The notes under the pieces are model-generated. The model was given only the letters and a program-made list of their open reading frames with translations, had not been told where the DNA came from and did not search any database. Position numbers and translations under genes: made by a program. From Planctomycetota bacterium (GTDB lineage: Bacteria; Planctomycetota; PLA2; JAEUHO01), in assembly GCA_028281445.1 (NCBI GenBank), contig JANQJW010000007.1, positions 92,694-156,693 of the forward strand: DNA of 64,000 bases. Reading direction: 5' to 3'. How positions within the stretch are numbered: position 1 is the first letter of the stretch; every line of letters starts with the position of its first letter. This document shows positions 1 through 8,499 of the stretch, piece after piece.

Positions 1-1
1 C

Positions 2-1063
2 GACATCCTTGAGGTCAGCCTCGGCTCCTACATCGCGTGGGAGCCCTCGCAGTGGCACGTCCCCGTATCCCGCTATGCGAAGAAGCTCGAAGTCGTCTAT
101 CCCGTGCGCCCCGAAGCGCGCGTCCACGTTCGTGCGGCGGACGGCGCCGGCAACTGGGTGCGCGGAGCACGGCCGCGCGCGTGGCAGTTGGCCGGGATGC
201 GCCGTGAGTACGCGCGGGTGGAGGCGGACCGCATGGGGTGGCGCCTGCGCGGCGTGCCCTTCTACCGCGAAGAGCTGCTCGAGGTCCTTGTCACGCTGGA
301 GCACGTGCGAGCGCCGGAGTCCGGCGAGTCGGTACTGGAAGAGGTCGAAGAGGGGCAGAACGAGCCGGTCTCCACCTACGAGCTCGAGGGTGCGGCCGTC
401 GGCAAGGGACGCCTGCCGCTCAAGGTGTGGGAGCAGCTCCACATCGTCGTCACGTTCGGCGAGCACAAGCCGAGCGAAGCGTGGGCGTCCGACGAGGTCA
501 TCACCGACCAGGACCTGCCGTTCGAGGAGAGCTTCGGCGCAGGCGAGAAGGTCGGGCCCGTGCCGCAGGGTGCGATCGAGGTGACGGCGTACACGGCGGA
601 TGGGAGGCCGGCGCGTGGTGCTCTCCTCTGGCTCAATCAGGGGTTGGAGATGCAACGTACCGATCAGCACGGCAGAGCCAGGTTCACCGAGCTCGAGGCG
701 GGTCGCTACCACGTCACGCTGCGCGAGCCCGGCTTGCTTCGCAAGCTCGCTCGCGTCGACGTCAAGAAGGACAAGACGTCGCGCATCGTCATCCGCGAAC
801 CGCGCGGCATGACCGTGCGCGTACGCGTCGTCGATGTCCACGGCGATCCGCTTCCGTTCGCCACGCTGCATCTCAACCGCTGGGTCGACATCCAGCACGG
901 CGTGCAGCGCTTGGACCCGTTCACCGACGAGCACGGCCGGCGCACGCTGCGGGGCTACCCGCGCCACAACAAGCTCCACGCCTCGTGGGCCGGTCGTCGC
1001 GGCTACGCGAAGCTCGCAACGGAAGAGGGCTCGGAGCAGGACGTTACGATCGTCCTTCGATGA
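2..1063 (+). CDS. carboxypeptidase regulatory-like (CarboxypepD_reg/PEGA-type beta-sandwich) repeat protein, 5' partial (open to window edge)
   Basis: Frame 2 is open from base 2 with no stop, and the ORF track calls 104..1063. The protein has repeated 'G..V.L.L / GRYHVTL / VRVVDVHGDPLPFATLHL' sandwich motifs like the two other giant paralogs in this window. Confidence 0.6.
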   Translation, partial: DILEVSLGSYIAWEPSQWHVPVSRYAKKLEVVYPVRPEARVHVRAADGAGNWVRGARPRAWQLAGMRREYARVEADRMGWRLRGVPFYREELLEVLVTLEHVRAPESGESVLEEVEEGQNEPVSTYELEGAAVGKGRLPLKVWEQLHIVVTFGEHKPSEAWASDEVITDQDLPFEESFGAGEKVGPVPQGAIEVTAYTADGRPARGALLWLNQGLEMQRTDQHGRARFTELEAGRYHVTLREPGLLRKLARVDVKKDKTSRIVIREPRGMTVRVRVVDVHGDPLPFATLHLNRWVDIQHGVQRLDPFTDEHGRRTLRGYPRHNKLHASWAGRRGYAKLATEEGSEQDVTIVLR

Positions 1064-1649
1064 CGCGGAAGCGCGCCTCGAGCACCTTGATCGGAAGCAT
1101 CGTGCGTCCGAGCCGCGCACGCACGATGCGCGAGCGCGCGATCGGCGCGGGGTGCGACTCGTCGTACTCGCCCGAGTCGTGCGCCCCCGTGAACAGACGG
1201 CCGAGCACGTCCGCGCGGTAGTCGTGGCGCACGAGCAGGCCGCTCTCGTCGAAGTAGTAGCTCTGCCTGCCGCTGTTGTGGGTGTCCCCGCCTCCGGGGT
1301 GGAGCGCATCGACATAGTGAACGCGCTGCCCTCGATACGGGCGCGTACCGCTGCCATGGATGGGGAGCCCTGCGAGGGCGAACGGCAGCGCGAGGTAATC
1401 CGTCACGGCGTACCCGAAGAAGTAGGCCGCATCCTCCGGCGACCACTTGCGCTTCTTGGCCCAGCCGTCGAAACGGCGGCGGTAGTTCTCCAGCCGCTCG
1501 TCACCGCGCACGATCGTGCCACGGTCGTACACCAGACCCGCGCCCTGCTCCGGGTAGTCGTGAAAGGTCATGCGCGCCTCGAAAGGCCAGACCGTGACCA
1601 CACCGGGCTTCGGATGCGTGGCGCCGAGTCCCTTGCGCTTCGGGATCAT
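1044..1649 (-). CDS. hypothetical protein (about 201 aa). The ORF-track 491-aa ORF is trimmed to its non-overlapping C-terminal part
   Basis: Only the C-terminal 201 aa of ORF 1044..2519 lie outside the clearly real ADH gene. An ATG sits at 1647-1649 (rc), and upstream of it the frame is Arg-rich junk. A GTG about 50 nt further upstream is an alternative start. Confidence 0.45.
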   Translation of the reverse strand: MIPKRKGLGATHPKPGVVTVWPFEARMTFHDYPEQGAGLVYDRGTIVRGDERLENYRRRFDGWAKKRKWSPEDAAYFFGYAVTDYLALPFALAGLPIHGSGTRPYRGQRVHYVDALHPGGGDTHNSGRQSYYFDESGLLVRHDYRADVLGRLFTGAHDSGEYDESHPAPIARSRIVRARLGRTMLPIKVLEARFRVIEGRS

Positions 1650-1753
1650 GCCGCCGAGGTGCTCGACATGGATCGTCACGTCTGCTGCGAGCCACGCGCG
1701 TCCCTCTTCGCCGCCGTGGCGCCGACGCGCCCGCTCGATCAGAGCGTCGGCGT

Positions 1754-2758
1754 TCACGGTGCGACAGAAGCCTTGAGCGGGCCTTCGCCACGTGCGGCGC
1801 GCTCGAAGTGGGCCGGGAGCTCGTCGAGAGACAGATGCTCCTGGATCAACAGCGCCGGATCGAGAAAGCCCTTGGCGAGCAGTTGCAGCGCTTCGGCGAA
1901 GTGATACGGCGTGTGGTGAAACGACGCCGTCAGGAGCAGCTCGTCGTAGTGCAGGCGCTGCGTGTCCAGCTCGACGGTGGTGCCCTTCGGTGTGCCGCCG
2001 AAGAAGTGCACGCGCCCTCCGGGAGCCGCCGCGTCGAGAGCGTGCTGCCAGGCGTCGGTCGTGCCGACGGCTTCGATGACGAGGTCGGCGTTCGCCGCGT
2101 CGTCCACCTGCGTCACGGCGCGCTGCGCGCCGAAGGCGCGCGCCGCCTCGACCCGGTCCTGTCGCGGATCGACCGCCGTGACGTGTGCGCCGTCTGCGCT
2201 CAGGATGCGCACCCAGACCAGACCCAAGGGACCCGTCCCGAACACCACGACGCGCTCCCCGCGCCGCGCGGGGGTGCGGTCGTGGCCCTTGACGACGACG
2301 GCAAGGATCTCGCTCAGGGCCGCCGTCCCCGACGGCACGCCGCCCGGAATCGCGTGTGTGTTCATCGCGGCGATGCGCGCCGGCACGATCAGCTTCTCGG
2401 CGAAGAAACCGTTGAGCCAGACCATGTCTTCGCACTGCGCCGTGTGGCCGCGCTCGCATGCACGACACCGGCCGCAGGGCGCGGAGTTGGCGGGTACGAC
2501 ACGGTCTCCCGGCTTCCACTTGGTGACGCCTTCGCCGACAGCGTCGATCATGCCGGCCCCTTCGTGTCCGAAGCGAAGCGGCGGCTTGCCCATGCGCGCG
2601 TGGTACCCGCGCCGGTACACCTTGGTCGACGTGCCGCCGGTCAGCGCGACGTCCACCTTGAGCCGCAGCTCGCCCGGACCGGGCTCGGGCACGGGAACGT
2701 CTTCGATGCGCAGGTCTTCAGAGCCGTGGAGCACGGCGGCGCGTATCGTCTCCGTCAT
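1754..2758 (-). CDS. zinc-dependent alcohol dehydrogenase (MDR family; GroES-like plus Rossmann)
   Basis: 334 aa with the GHEGAG zinc-ligand motif, a CGRCRAC structural-zinc Cys cluster and a GxGxxG-type NAD(P) site. Its start overlaps the upstream gene's stop (ATGA). Confidence 0.85.
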   Translation of the reverse strand: MTETIRAAVLHGSEDLRIEDVPVPEPGPGELRLKVDVALTGGTSTKVYRRGYHARMGKPPLRFGHEGAGMIDAVGEGVTKWKPGDRVVPANSAPCGRCRACERGHTAQCEDMVWLNGFFAEKLIVPARIAAMNTHAIPGGVPSGTAALSEILAVVVKGHDRTPARRGERVVVFGTGPLGLVWVRILSADGAHVTAVDPRQDRVEAARAFGAQRAVTQVDDAANADLVIEAVGTTDAWQHALDAAAPGGRVHFFGGTPKGTTVELDTQRLHYDELLLTASFHHTPYHFAEALQLLAKGFLDPALLIQEHLSLDELPAHFERAARGEGPLKASVAP

Positions 2759-3831
2759 GCGTCCTCGTTCACGTTGACCATGACCTTGCAGACGTCGTCA
2801 TCGGCGGCCGCCGCGCGTTCGATGGCGGCTCCGGTCTCCGAGAGCGGGTAGCGGTGCGTGATGAGGCCCGCGACATCGATCTCACGTTCGAACACGATCC
2901 GCGCGGACTCCTCGTTCAGGTCGACGGACGCCGAGTAGCTGCCGAAGAGGCGCTTCTCGCCCATGCAGATGTCGCCGATGTCGACCGGGACCTCGTCACC
3001 GCGATGCGTGCTCGCGAACAGCAGGATCCCCGCACCGGGCCGCGTCGCGGCCAATGCGTCGCGCACGGGCGGCGCGCCGGTTGCGCACACGATGGCATGG
3101 TCCGCGCCGCGGTCCGACGACAGGGCGCGGCAGGCTTCGACCAGATCGTCGACCGTCGGATCGAACACGTCGACCGCGCCGAAGGACTGCGCGCGTTCAC
3201 GGCGCGCGGGCAGCGGATCGCTGGCGACGACCTCGGCGCCTTCGCGAATCGCGAGCTGCAGCATGATCAGACCGATGCTGCCGAGACCGACGACGAGTAC
3301 GAGATCGCCTTCGTCGAGATGCATCGACCGGATGCCCTTGAGGCACGTGTTGACCGGCTCCACGAACGCGGCTTCCTCTGCGCTCACGCCGTCCGGGATC
3401 TTCACGAGTCCGCCGCCCTCGACGATCCACGGCATCACGCGCGCGAACTGCGCGTAGCCACCGCCCGCCGGCTCGAAGCCGGCGGTGATGCCCGTCTTCT
3501 TGTACGTCGGGCACTGCGCGAACAGCTTGCGCTCGCCGTACCACGACGTCGGGTCGGGGATGTGGTGATACATCGCGACGCGATCGCCGGACGTGAAGTC
3601 GGCCACGCCGTCGCCGACCACGGCCACGGTGCCCGCTGTCTCGTGTCCGAAGATGCGCGGCGGCTCGACGAGACCGAGCTGGACCTTCTTGATGTCGGTG
3701 CCGCACACGCCGCAGGCGTCAACGCGCACAAGCACCTCGCCGGGCTCGAGCTCGGGAACAGGCACGGACTCGTGGCGAACGTCGTTCGGGCCGCGGTACA
3801 CGGCGGCATTCATCGTGTCGGGAACGCTCAT
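2755..3831 (-). CDS. zinc-dependent alcohol/threonine/sorbitol dehydrogenase family protein (MDR)
   Basis: 358 aa with the CGVCGTD and GHETAG motifs and a GLGSIGL Rossmann loop. It is co-directional and overlaps the next ADH by 4 nt, giving a two-gene operon. Confidence 0.85.
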   Translation of the reverse strand: MSVPDTMNAAVYRGPNDVRHESVPVPELEPGEVLVRVDACGVCGTDIKKVQLGLVEPPRIFGHETAGTVAVVGDGVADFTSGDRVAMYHHIPDPTSWYGERKLFAQCPTYKKTGITAGFEPAGGGYAQFARVMPWIVEGGGLVKIPDGVSAEEAAFVEPVNTCLKGIRSMHLDEGDLVLVVGLGSIGLIMLQLAIREGAEVVASDPLPARRERAQSFGAVDVFDPTVDDLVEACRALSSDRGADHAIVCATGAPPVRDALAATRPGAGILLFASTHRGDEVPVDIGDICMGEKRLFGSYSASVDLNEESARIVFEREIDVAGLITHRYPLSETGAAIERAAAADDDVCKVMVNVNEDA

Positions 3832-3865
3832 GGGGGGCGCGATCCTATCTCGATCCGGCGGTAGA

Positions 3866-3889
3866 CTCCCGTCCCCTACGAGACGGGAG
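3866..3889. promoter_or_regulatory. perfect 8-bp inverted repeat CTCCCGTC-N8-GACGGGAG in the 65-bp divergent promoter region between the ADH operon and qor-like gene
   Basis: Read directly at 3866-3873 and 3882-3889. It sits 8 nt upstream of the 3897 ATG. Confidence 0.25.
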
Positions 3890-3896
3890 ATTCCAC

Positions 3897-4928
3897 ATGC
3901 GTGCGGTCGTCATCCGGGAGCACGGCGGCTTCGAGAGGCTCGAGTTCGAAGACCGGGCCGTGCCCGAGCCGGGGCCGGGCCAGGTCCGCGTGGCTGTGAA
4001 GGCCGCCGGGCTCAATCACCTCGACACGTGGGTGCGCCGCGGCATCCCCGGCGTCACGTATCCGCTTCCGCTGGTCCCGGGCTGCGACGGCGCCGGTGTG
4101 ATCGACGCCCTCGGGCCGGGTGTCGATGGATTGAGCGAGGGGCAGCGCGTCGTCATCGCGCCCGGGCTCACCAAGGCCGACGACGAGTTTACCGCCGCGG
4201 GCATGGATCAGCTCTCGCCCGGCTACGGGATCTTCGGCGAGACGTGCGACGGCACGTGCGCCGAGCAGGTCGTGATTCCGGCACGCAACGCGCTGCCGCT
4301 GGCCGACAGCGTGCCCTTCACCGAAGCCGCGGCGTTCCCACTCGTGACGCTGACGGCGTGGAACATGGTCATGCGCCGCGCGCAGCTGCAACCCGGCGAG
4401 CGCGTCCTGGTTCACGCCGCGGGCAGCGGCGTCTCCACGGCCGCCATCCAGATCGCGAAGCTCGCAGGCGCCGCGCAGATCATCGCGACGACCTCCAGCG
4501 AGGCGAAGGCCGAGCGCGCCCGCGAGCTCGGGGCCGACGAGGTCGTCGACTACACCGATCCCGAGTGGTCGAAGCAGGTCAAGGCGGCGACCGGCGGCCG
4601 CGGCATCGACGTCTGCGCCGATCACGTCGGCGTCGCCACGTTCGCTGCGTCGTTGAAGACGCTCGTGCGCGGCGGGCGCTACGTGTTCTGTGGCGCGACG
4701 ACCGGGCCGAAGGCGGACCTGCACCTCGGCCTCGTCTTCTTCCGCAACCTCTCCGTGCTCGGCAGCACGATGGGCAGCCTGGGCGACATGCACCAGCTCG
4801 TCGGACTGCTCGGCGCAGGCAAGCTCAAGGCCATTGTGGACGACGTGCTGCCGCTCGATCAGGTGGCCGAGGCGCATCGCCGCATCGAGAACCGCGAGGT
4901 CTTCGGCAAGCTCGTGTTGGAGCCGTAA
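3897..4928 (+). CDS. NADPH:quinone oxidoreductase-like zinc-binding dehydrogenase (MDR/Qor family)
   Basis: 343 aa, GroES-like N-terminus and an AAGSGVSTAAIQIAK Rossmann segment. It has no catalytic-zinc Cys pattern, which is typical of the Qor/zeta-crystallin class. Confidence 0.85.
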   Translation: MRAVVIREHGGFERLEFEDRAVPEPGPGQVRVAVKAAGLNHLDTWVRRGIPGVTYPLPLVPGCDGAGVIDALGPGVDGLSEGQRVVIAPGLTKADDEFTAAGMDQLSPGYGIFGETCDGTCAEQVVIPARNALPLADSVPFTEAAAFPLVTLTAWNMVMRRAQLQPGERVLVHAAGSGVSTAAIQIAKLAGAAQIIATTSSEAKAERARELGADEVVDYTDPEWSKQVKAATGGRGIDVCADHVGVATFAASLKTLVRGGRYVFCGATTGPKADLHLGLVFFRNLSVLGSTMGSLGDMHQLVGLLGAGKLKAIVDDVLPLDQVAEAHRRIENREVFGKLVLEP

Positions 4929-4936
4929 GGAGCACC

Positions 4937-5716
4937 ATGTCCTACGAGACCATCCTCGCAGACGTCGACGATGACGGCGTTGCACTCATCACCTTGAACC
5001 GCCCCGACGTACGCAACGCCATCAACAAGCAGATGGTCGACGACTTGCACGATGTCCTCGGCGCCTACGAAGCGCGCGACGACGTCAAGGCGTTGATCCT
5101 GACGTCGGCCGGCGGCAAGGCCTTCATGTCCGGCGCTGACATTGCGGAGCTGCGCGAGCGCCGCAAGGAAGACGCGCTCAAGGGCATCAACTCGACGCTC
5201 TTCTCGCGGCTGGAGCGCTTTCCCCGTCCGACCGTCGCGGCGATCGTGGGCTGGTGCCTTGGCGGCGGCTGCGAGCTGTCGCTGTGCTGCGACTTCCGGA
5301 TCGCGGGCACGTCGTCGAACTTCGGCCAACCCGAAGTGGGGCTCGGGATCATGGCCGCAGCGGGCGGCACGCGCCGGTTGCCGGCGTTGGTCGGGCTCGC
5401 GCACGCGCGCCGGTTGCTCTTCAGCGGTGCGATCATCGACGTGGAGGAAGCGGAGCGCATCGGGCTCGTTGATCAGGTCGTCGAGGACGACCAGGTGGTG
5501 CATGCGGCCCGGGAGTGGCTGGAGCCGATTCGCAAGCAGGCGCCCGAGGCGGTCAAGCAGACGAAGCGCGCACTGCAGACCTGGCTGCACGGGGCGAGCG
5601 AAGAGGAACTCATGGCGCTGGACAACGAGATCCAGTCGGAGCTCTTCGAGCACCCTGATAAATTCGCCCGTATGGACGCGTTTCTTGCGAAGAGGCAGCG
5701 GCCCAAGTCGTCCTAG
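4937..5716 (+). CDS. enoyl-CoA hydratase/isomerase (crotonase) family protein
   Basis: This is the C-terminal 259 aa of ORF 3593..5716, starting at the ATG at 4937 with AAGGAG 5 nt upstream. It has the crotonase motifs 'ITLNRP', 'AAIVGWCLGGGCELSLCCDFRIA' and 'GQPEVGLGI'. Confidence 0.85.
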   Translation: MSYETILADVDDDGVALITLNRPDVRNAINKQMVDDLHDVLGAYEARDDVKALILTSAGGKAFMSGADIAELRERRKEDALKGINSTLFSRLERFPRPTVAAIVGWCLGGGCELSLCCDFRIAGTSSNFGQPEVGLGIMAAAGGTRRLPALVGLAHARRLLFSGAIIDVEEAERIGLVDQVVEDDQVVHAAREWLEPIRKQAPEAVKQTKRALQTWLHGASEEELMALDNEIQSELFEHPDKFARMDAFLAKRQRPKSS

Positions 5717-5801
5717 GACTGCAATGCCCGCCTATCCTGTCCGATTGACAGGTGTAGGGCTGGAGTCCACCCGGCAGGGCCCAGCGCCTCGGAGACACAC
5801 G

Positions 5802-6179
5802 ATGCGAACTTCGATTGCGGCGCTTCTCGGTGCCGTCCTCCTCGCGGGCTGCCAGCAGGGTCCCGGGCATACGCGCGCTGCGGGCGCCGGAATCGGTGCG
5901 GCTTCCGGCGCACTCATCGGCGCGGCGGCTGCCGGCCCCGGCAGTCGCGGAACCGGTGCTGCCGTGGGCGGCATTCTCGGCCTGGTGACCGGATCGATGG
6001 TCGGCGACGGGATTGCGCAGGACCAGGAACGCTGCTGCCCGCCGCCCTGCGCGGAACCCTGCCCTCCGCCGCCCTGCGGTCCGACGCGGATCACGCGCCG
6101 CCGCTACGTCCGGCCCGATGGGACGCTCATTCGCGAAGAGGAGATCATCGAGGAAGACGTCGTCGTCCACCGGCGGTGA
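5802..6179 (+). CDS. glycine-zipper (2TM/YMGG-like) lipoprotein with Cys/Pro-rich C-terminus
   Basis: ATG at 5802 with GGAG upstream. It carries the lipoprotein signal 'LLGAVLLAGC', then the Gly-zipper 'GAGIGAASGALIGAAAAG...GGILGLVTGSMVG', then 'CCPPPCAEPCPPPPCGP'. Confidence 0.6.
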   Translation: MRTSIAALLGAVLLAGCQQGPGHTRAAGAGIGAASGALIGAAAAGPGSRGTGAAVGGILGLVTGSMVGDGIAQDQERCCPPPCAEPCPPPPCGPTRITRRRYVRPDGTLIREEEIIEEDVVVHRR

Positions 6180-6213
6180 CTGATACCGTCCTCCCCCGCA
6201 AGGAGGACGACGG

Positions 6214-7074
6214 ATGAACTTCGAACGCGTTCTGGTGATCGGCGCCGGCACGATGGGCCACGGCATCGCGCACGTCGCGGCGCAAGCCGGCTGCAAGGCC
6301 GCGCTCTACGACGTCGACGCTGCGGTCGTCGACAAGGGCCTCGGCAAGGTCAAGGCGAACCTCGAGAAGGGCGTCGCCAAGGGCAAGGTCAGCGAAGAGG
6401 ACAAGGACGCAGCCCTCGCCAACCTCGCGGCGGCACCCGCCGACCTCGCGGAAGCCGCGAAGGAGGCCGACCTCGTCGTCGAGGCCGTGCCCGAGCGCAT
6501 GGAGCTCAAGCGCGAGATCTTCACCACGCTCGGCGCGAATTGCCCTGATCACGCGATCCTCGCGACGAACACGTCGTCTCTTTCCGTCGGCGACATCGCC
6601 GAGGCCAGCGGCCATCCGGACCGCGTCATCGGAATGCACTTCTTCAATCCCGTGCACTTGATGAAGCTGCTCGAGATCGTCAAGACCGACGCGACGTCTG
6701 ACGACGTCGTCCAGTCCACGCGGCACATCGGAGAGCGTTGGGGCAAGACGTGTGTGGTCGTCAAGGACTCGCCCGGCTTCGCAACGAGCCGTCTCGGCCT
6801 CGTCCTGGGGCTCGAGGCGATCCGTATGGTCGAAGAGGGCGTGGCGAGCGCACAGGACATCGATACCGCCCTGGAGCTCGGCTATCGCCACCCGATGGGG
6901 CCGCTCAAGCTGACGGATCTCGTCGGCCTCGACGTGCGCCTCGGTATTGCGGAGCACCTCGCCGAGGTACTCGACGACCGCCGGTTCGCGCCGCCGCAGC
7001 TCCTGCGCGACATGGTCGCCGACGGCAAGCTCGGCAAGAAGTCGGGCCAGGGCTTCTACGACTGGAGCGCGTAG
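6214..7074 (+). CDS. hbd: 3-hydroxybutyryl-CoA dehydrogenase / 3-hydroxyacyl-CoA dehydrogenase
   Basis: 286 aa with the N-terminal 'VLVIGAGTMGHGIA' Rossmann fold and the 'NTSSLS' and 'HFFNPV' motifs. AAGGAGGA lies 8 nt upstream. Confidence 0.9.
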   Translation: MNFERVLVIGAGTMGHGIAHVAAQAGCKAALYDVDAAVVDKGLGKVKANLEKGVAKGKVSEEDKDAALANLAAAPADLAEAAKEADLVVEAVPERMELKREIFTTLGANCPDHAILATNTSSLSVGDIAEASGHPDRVIGMHFFNPVHLMKLLEIVKTDATSDDVVQSTRHIGERWGKTCVVVKDSPGFATSRLGLVLGLEAIRMVEEGVASAQDIDTALELGYRHPMGPLKLTDLVGLDVRLGIAEHLAEVLDDRRFAPPQLLRDMVADGKLGKKSGQGFYDWSA

Positions 7075-7110
7075 CGCTCCCACCACCACCAACACAACCA
7101 CGAGAGCACG

Positions 7111-7974
7111 ATCACCATCACCTCCGCACTCGTCACCGACTGCCATGTCCACATCCAGCCGCACGAGATGCTGCAGCCGGAGGTGCGCGAGGCGTTCTTC
7201 CGCGGTTGCAAGGACGTCGACGAGGCCAAGGCTTGTCTCGAGGATCCGCAGGCCCTATTGGGCTACATGGATCGAGCCGGCGTCGATCGGTTCGTTCTCA
7301 TCAACTACGAGTCGCCGGAGGTCATGGGGTTCACGTCCGAGACGAACGACTGGATCCTCGACTACTGCAAGGCGGCGCCCGATCGCTTGCTGCCGTGCGT
7401 GGGCCCGCACCCCAAGTTCCACGACGATCTCGGTGCCGAGACACAGCGGCTCGTGGATCTCGGCGCGCGCATGTTCAAGATCCACGGGCCGCACATGCTC
7501 GTGCAGCCCAACGCCTACCAGGACGACTACCCGCAGCTCGCCGACATGTACCGCGTGCTCTCCGAGACGGGCATCCCGGTGATGTTCCACACGGGCACGA
7601 GCATCTTCAGGAGCGCGCGCATCAAGTACGGCGACCCGGTCACGCTCGATGACGTCGGGTGCGACTTCCCCGACCTCAAGGTGATCATCGCCCACGGCGG
7701 CCGGCCGCTGTGGACCGACGAGGCCTGGTTCCTGCTGCGGTGGTTCCCGAACTTCTATCTGGACCTCTCGGGCATCCCGCCGAAGCGCATTCTCCAGTGG
7801 TTCCCGCGTGTCGCACAGATCGCGGACCGCACGATGTTCGGCACCGACTGGCCGAGCCCCGGTATCCCGCCCGTGAAGCAAAACCTCGACGCCGTGCGCG
7901 CGCTCGATCTCCCCGCGGAGGCGATCGAAGAGATCGTGTCAGGAACCGCCCTGCGCGTCTTTCCGCCTCGCTGA
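7111..7974 (+). CDS. amidohydrolase-2 (TIM-barrel metal-dependent hydrolase) family protein. The start codon is unresolved
   Basis: The ORF track starts at ATG 7168, but the conserved N-terminal metal-binding 'DCHVHI' (HxH) motif is encoded at 7138-7155 in the same frame. There is no ATG/GTG/TTG between the hbd TAG (7072-74) and 7168. ATC at 7111 or 7117 is the only near-cognate candidate. Confidence 0.65.
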   Translation: MTITSALVTDCHVHIQPHEMLQPEVREAFFRGCKDVDEAKACLEDPQALLGYMDRAGVDRFVLINYESPEVMGFTSETNDWILDYCKAAPDRLLPCVGPHPKFHDDLGAETQRLVDLGARMFKIHGPHMLVQPNAYQDDYPQLADMYRVLSETGIPVMFHTGTSIFRSARIKYGDPVTLDDVGCDFPDLKVIIAHGGRPLWTDEAWFLLRWFPNFYLDLSGIPPKRILQWFPRVAQIADRTMFGTDWPSPGIPPVKQNLDAVRALDLPAEAIEEIVSGTALRVFPPR

Positions 7975-8454
7975 CGCGATGCCGTCCGCGTACTGCTGCA
8001 GCATCGTCTTGATGGGCGTCTCGAAGACGGTGGCATCGCCCTTCATGAAGGCCTTGTGCCACGCGCGGTAGCCCGCCTCGTAGTGCGGGATCGGTTGGTT
8101 CTTCTCCAGCATCCTCGTGACGCTGTCGTCCATCGCCTTCTCCGTCAGCGGCATGTGCGAGACGATGCGGATGAGCTTGTCCTTGTCGTCCTGGGCGCCC
8201 GGGTTCGGGATCTTCAGCCCGTCGATGTAGACGTGCACCATCACGCCCCACGCCGGGTGCTTCTCCACGCGCACCACGTGGACCCGCGAGCTCTCTTCGC
8301 CGTCTCGCGTTTCGTACTTCCATACCTGCCCTGCCACGTACGGCGACCGGACCGCGTCCTTCTTGTGCCTCGGCGCGTCGTCCCCGCAGGCCGTCAACAG
8401 GCCGAGGAGGAGCAGGCAGGCGGAGGCCGGGATCCGGGTCATGCCCTCGATCAT
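7939..8454 (-). CDS. hypothetical lipoprotein
   Basis: 171 aa with signal peptide and lipobox 'LLLGLLTAC'. It overlaps the amidohydrolase 3' end convergently by 36 nt. Confidence 0.6.
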   Translation of the reverse strand: MIEGMTRIPASACLLLLGLLTACGDDAPRHKKDAVRSPYVAGQVWKYETRDGEESSRVHVVRVEKHPAWGVMVHVYIDGLKIPNPGAQDDKDKLIRIVSHMPLTEKAMDDSVTRMLEKNQPIPHYEAGYRAWHKAFMKGDATVFETPIKTMLQQYADGIASARRKDAQGGS

Positions 8455-8499
8455 AGATTCGGCTGTCGGTCCTTGAATGACGCTGGCTGAGAACGTCCA

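Noticed and set aside
834-1904. Long Arg/Ala-rich ORFs on the opposite strand or in alternative frames of real genes (e.g. 834..1904+, 1808..2851+, 3876..4985-, 9169..10764-, 11374..13152-, 19884..21497-, 22862..24667-, 33941..35083-, 55412..56839-, 57043..60327-)
   Set aside because: They are typical high-GC antisense or shadow ORFs. They have Arg/Ala/Pro/Gly-dominated low-complexity translations and no domain motifs, and they overlap genes with clear homology signatures
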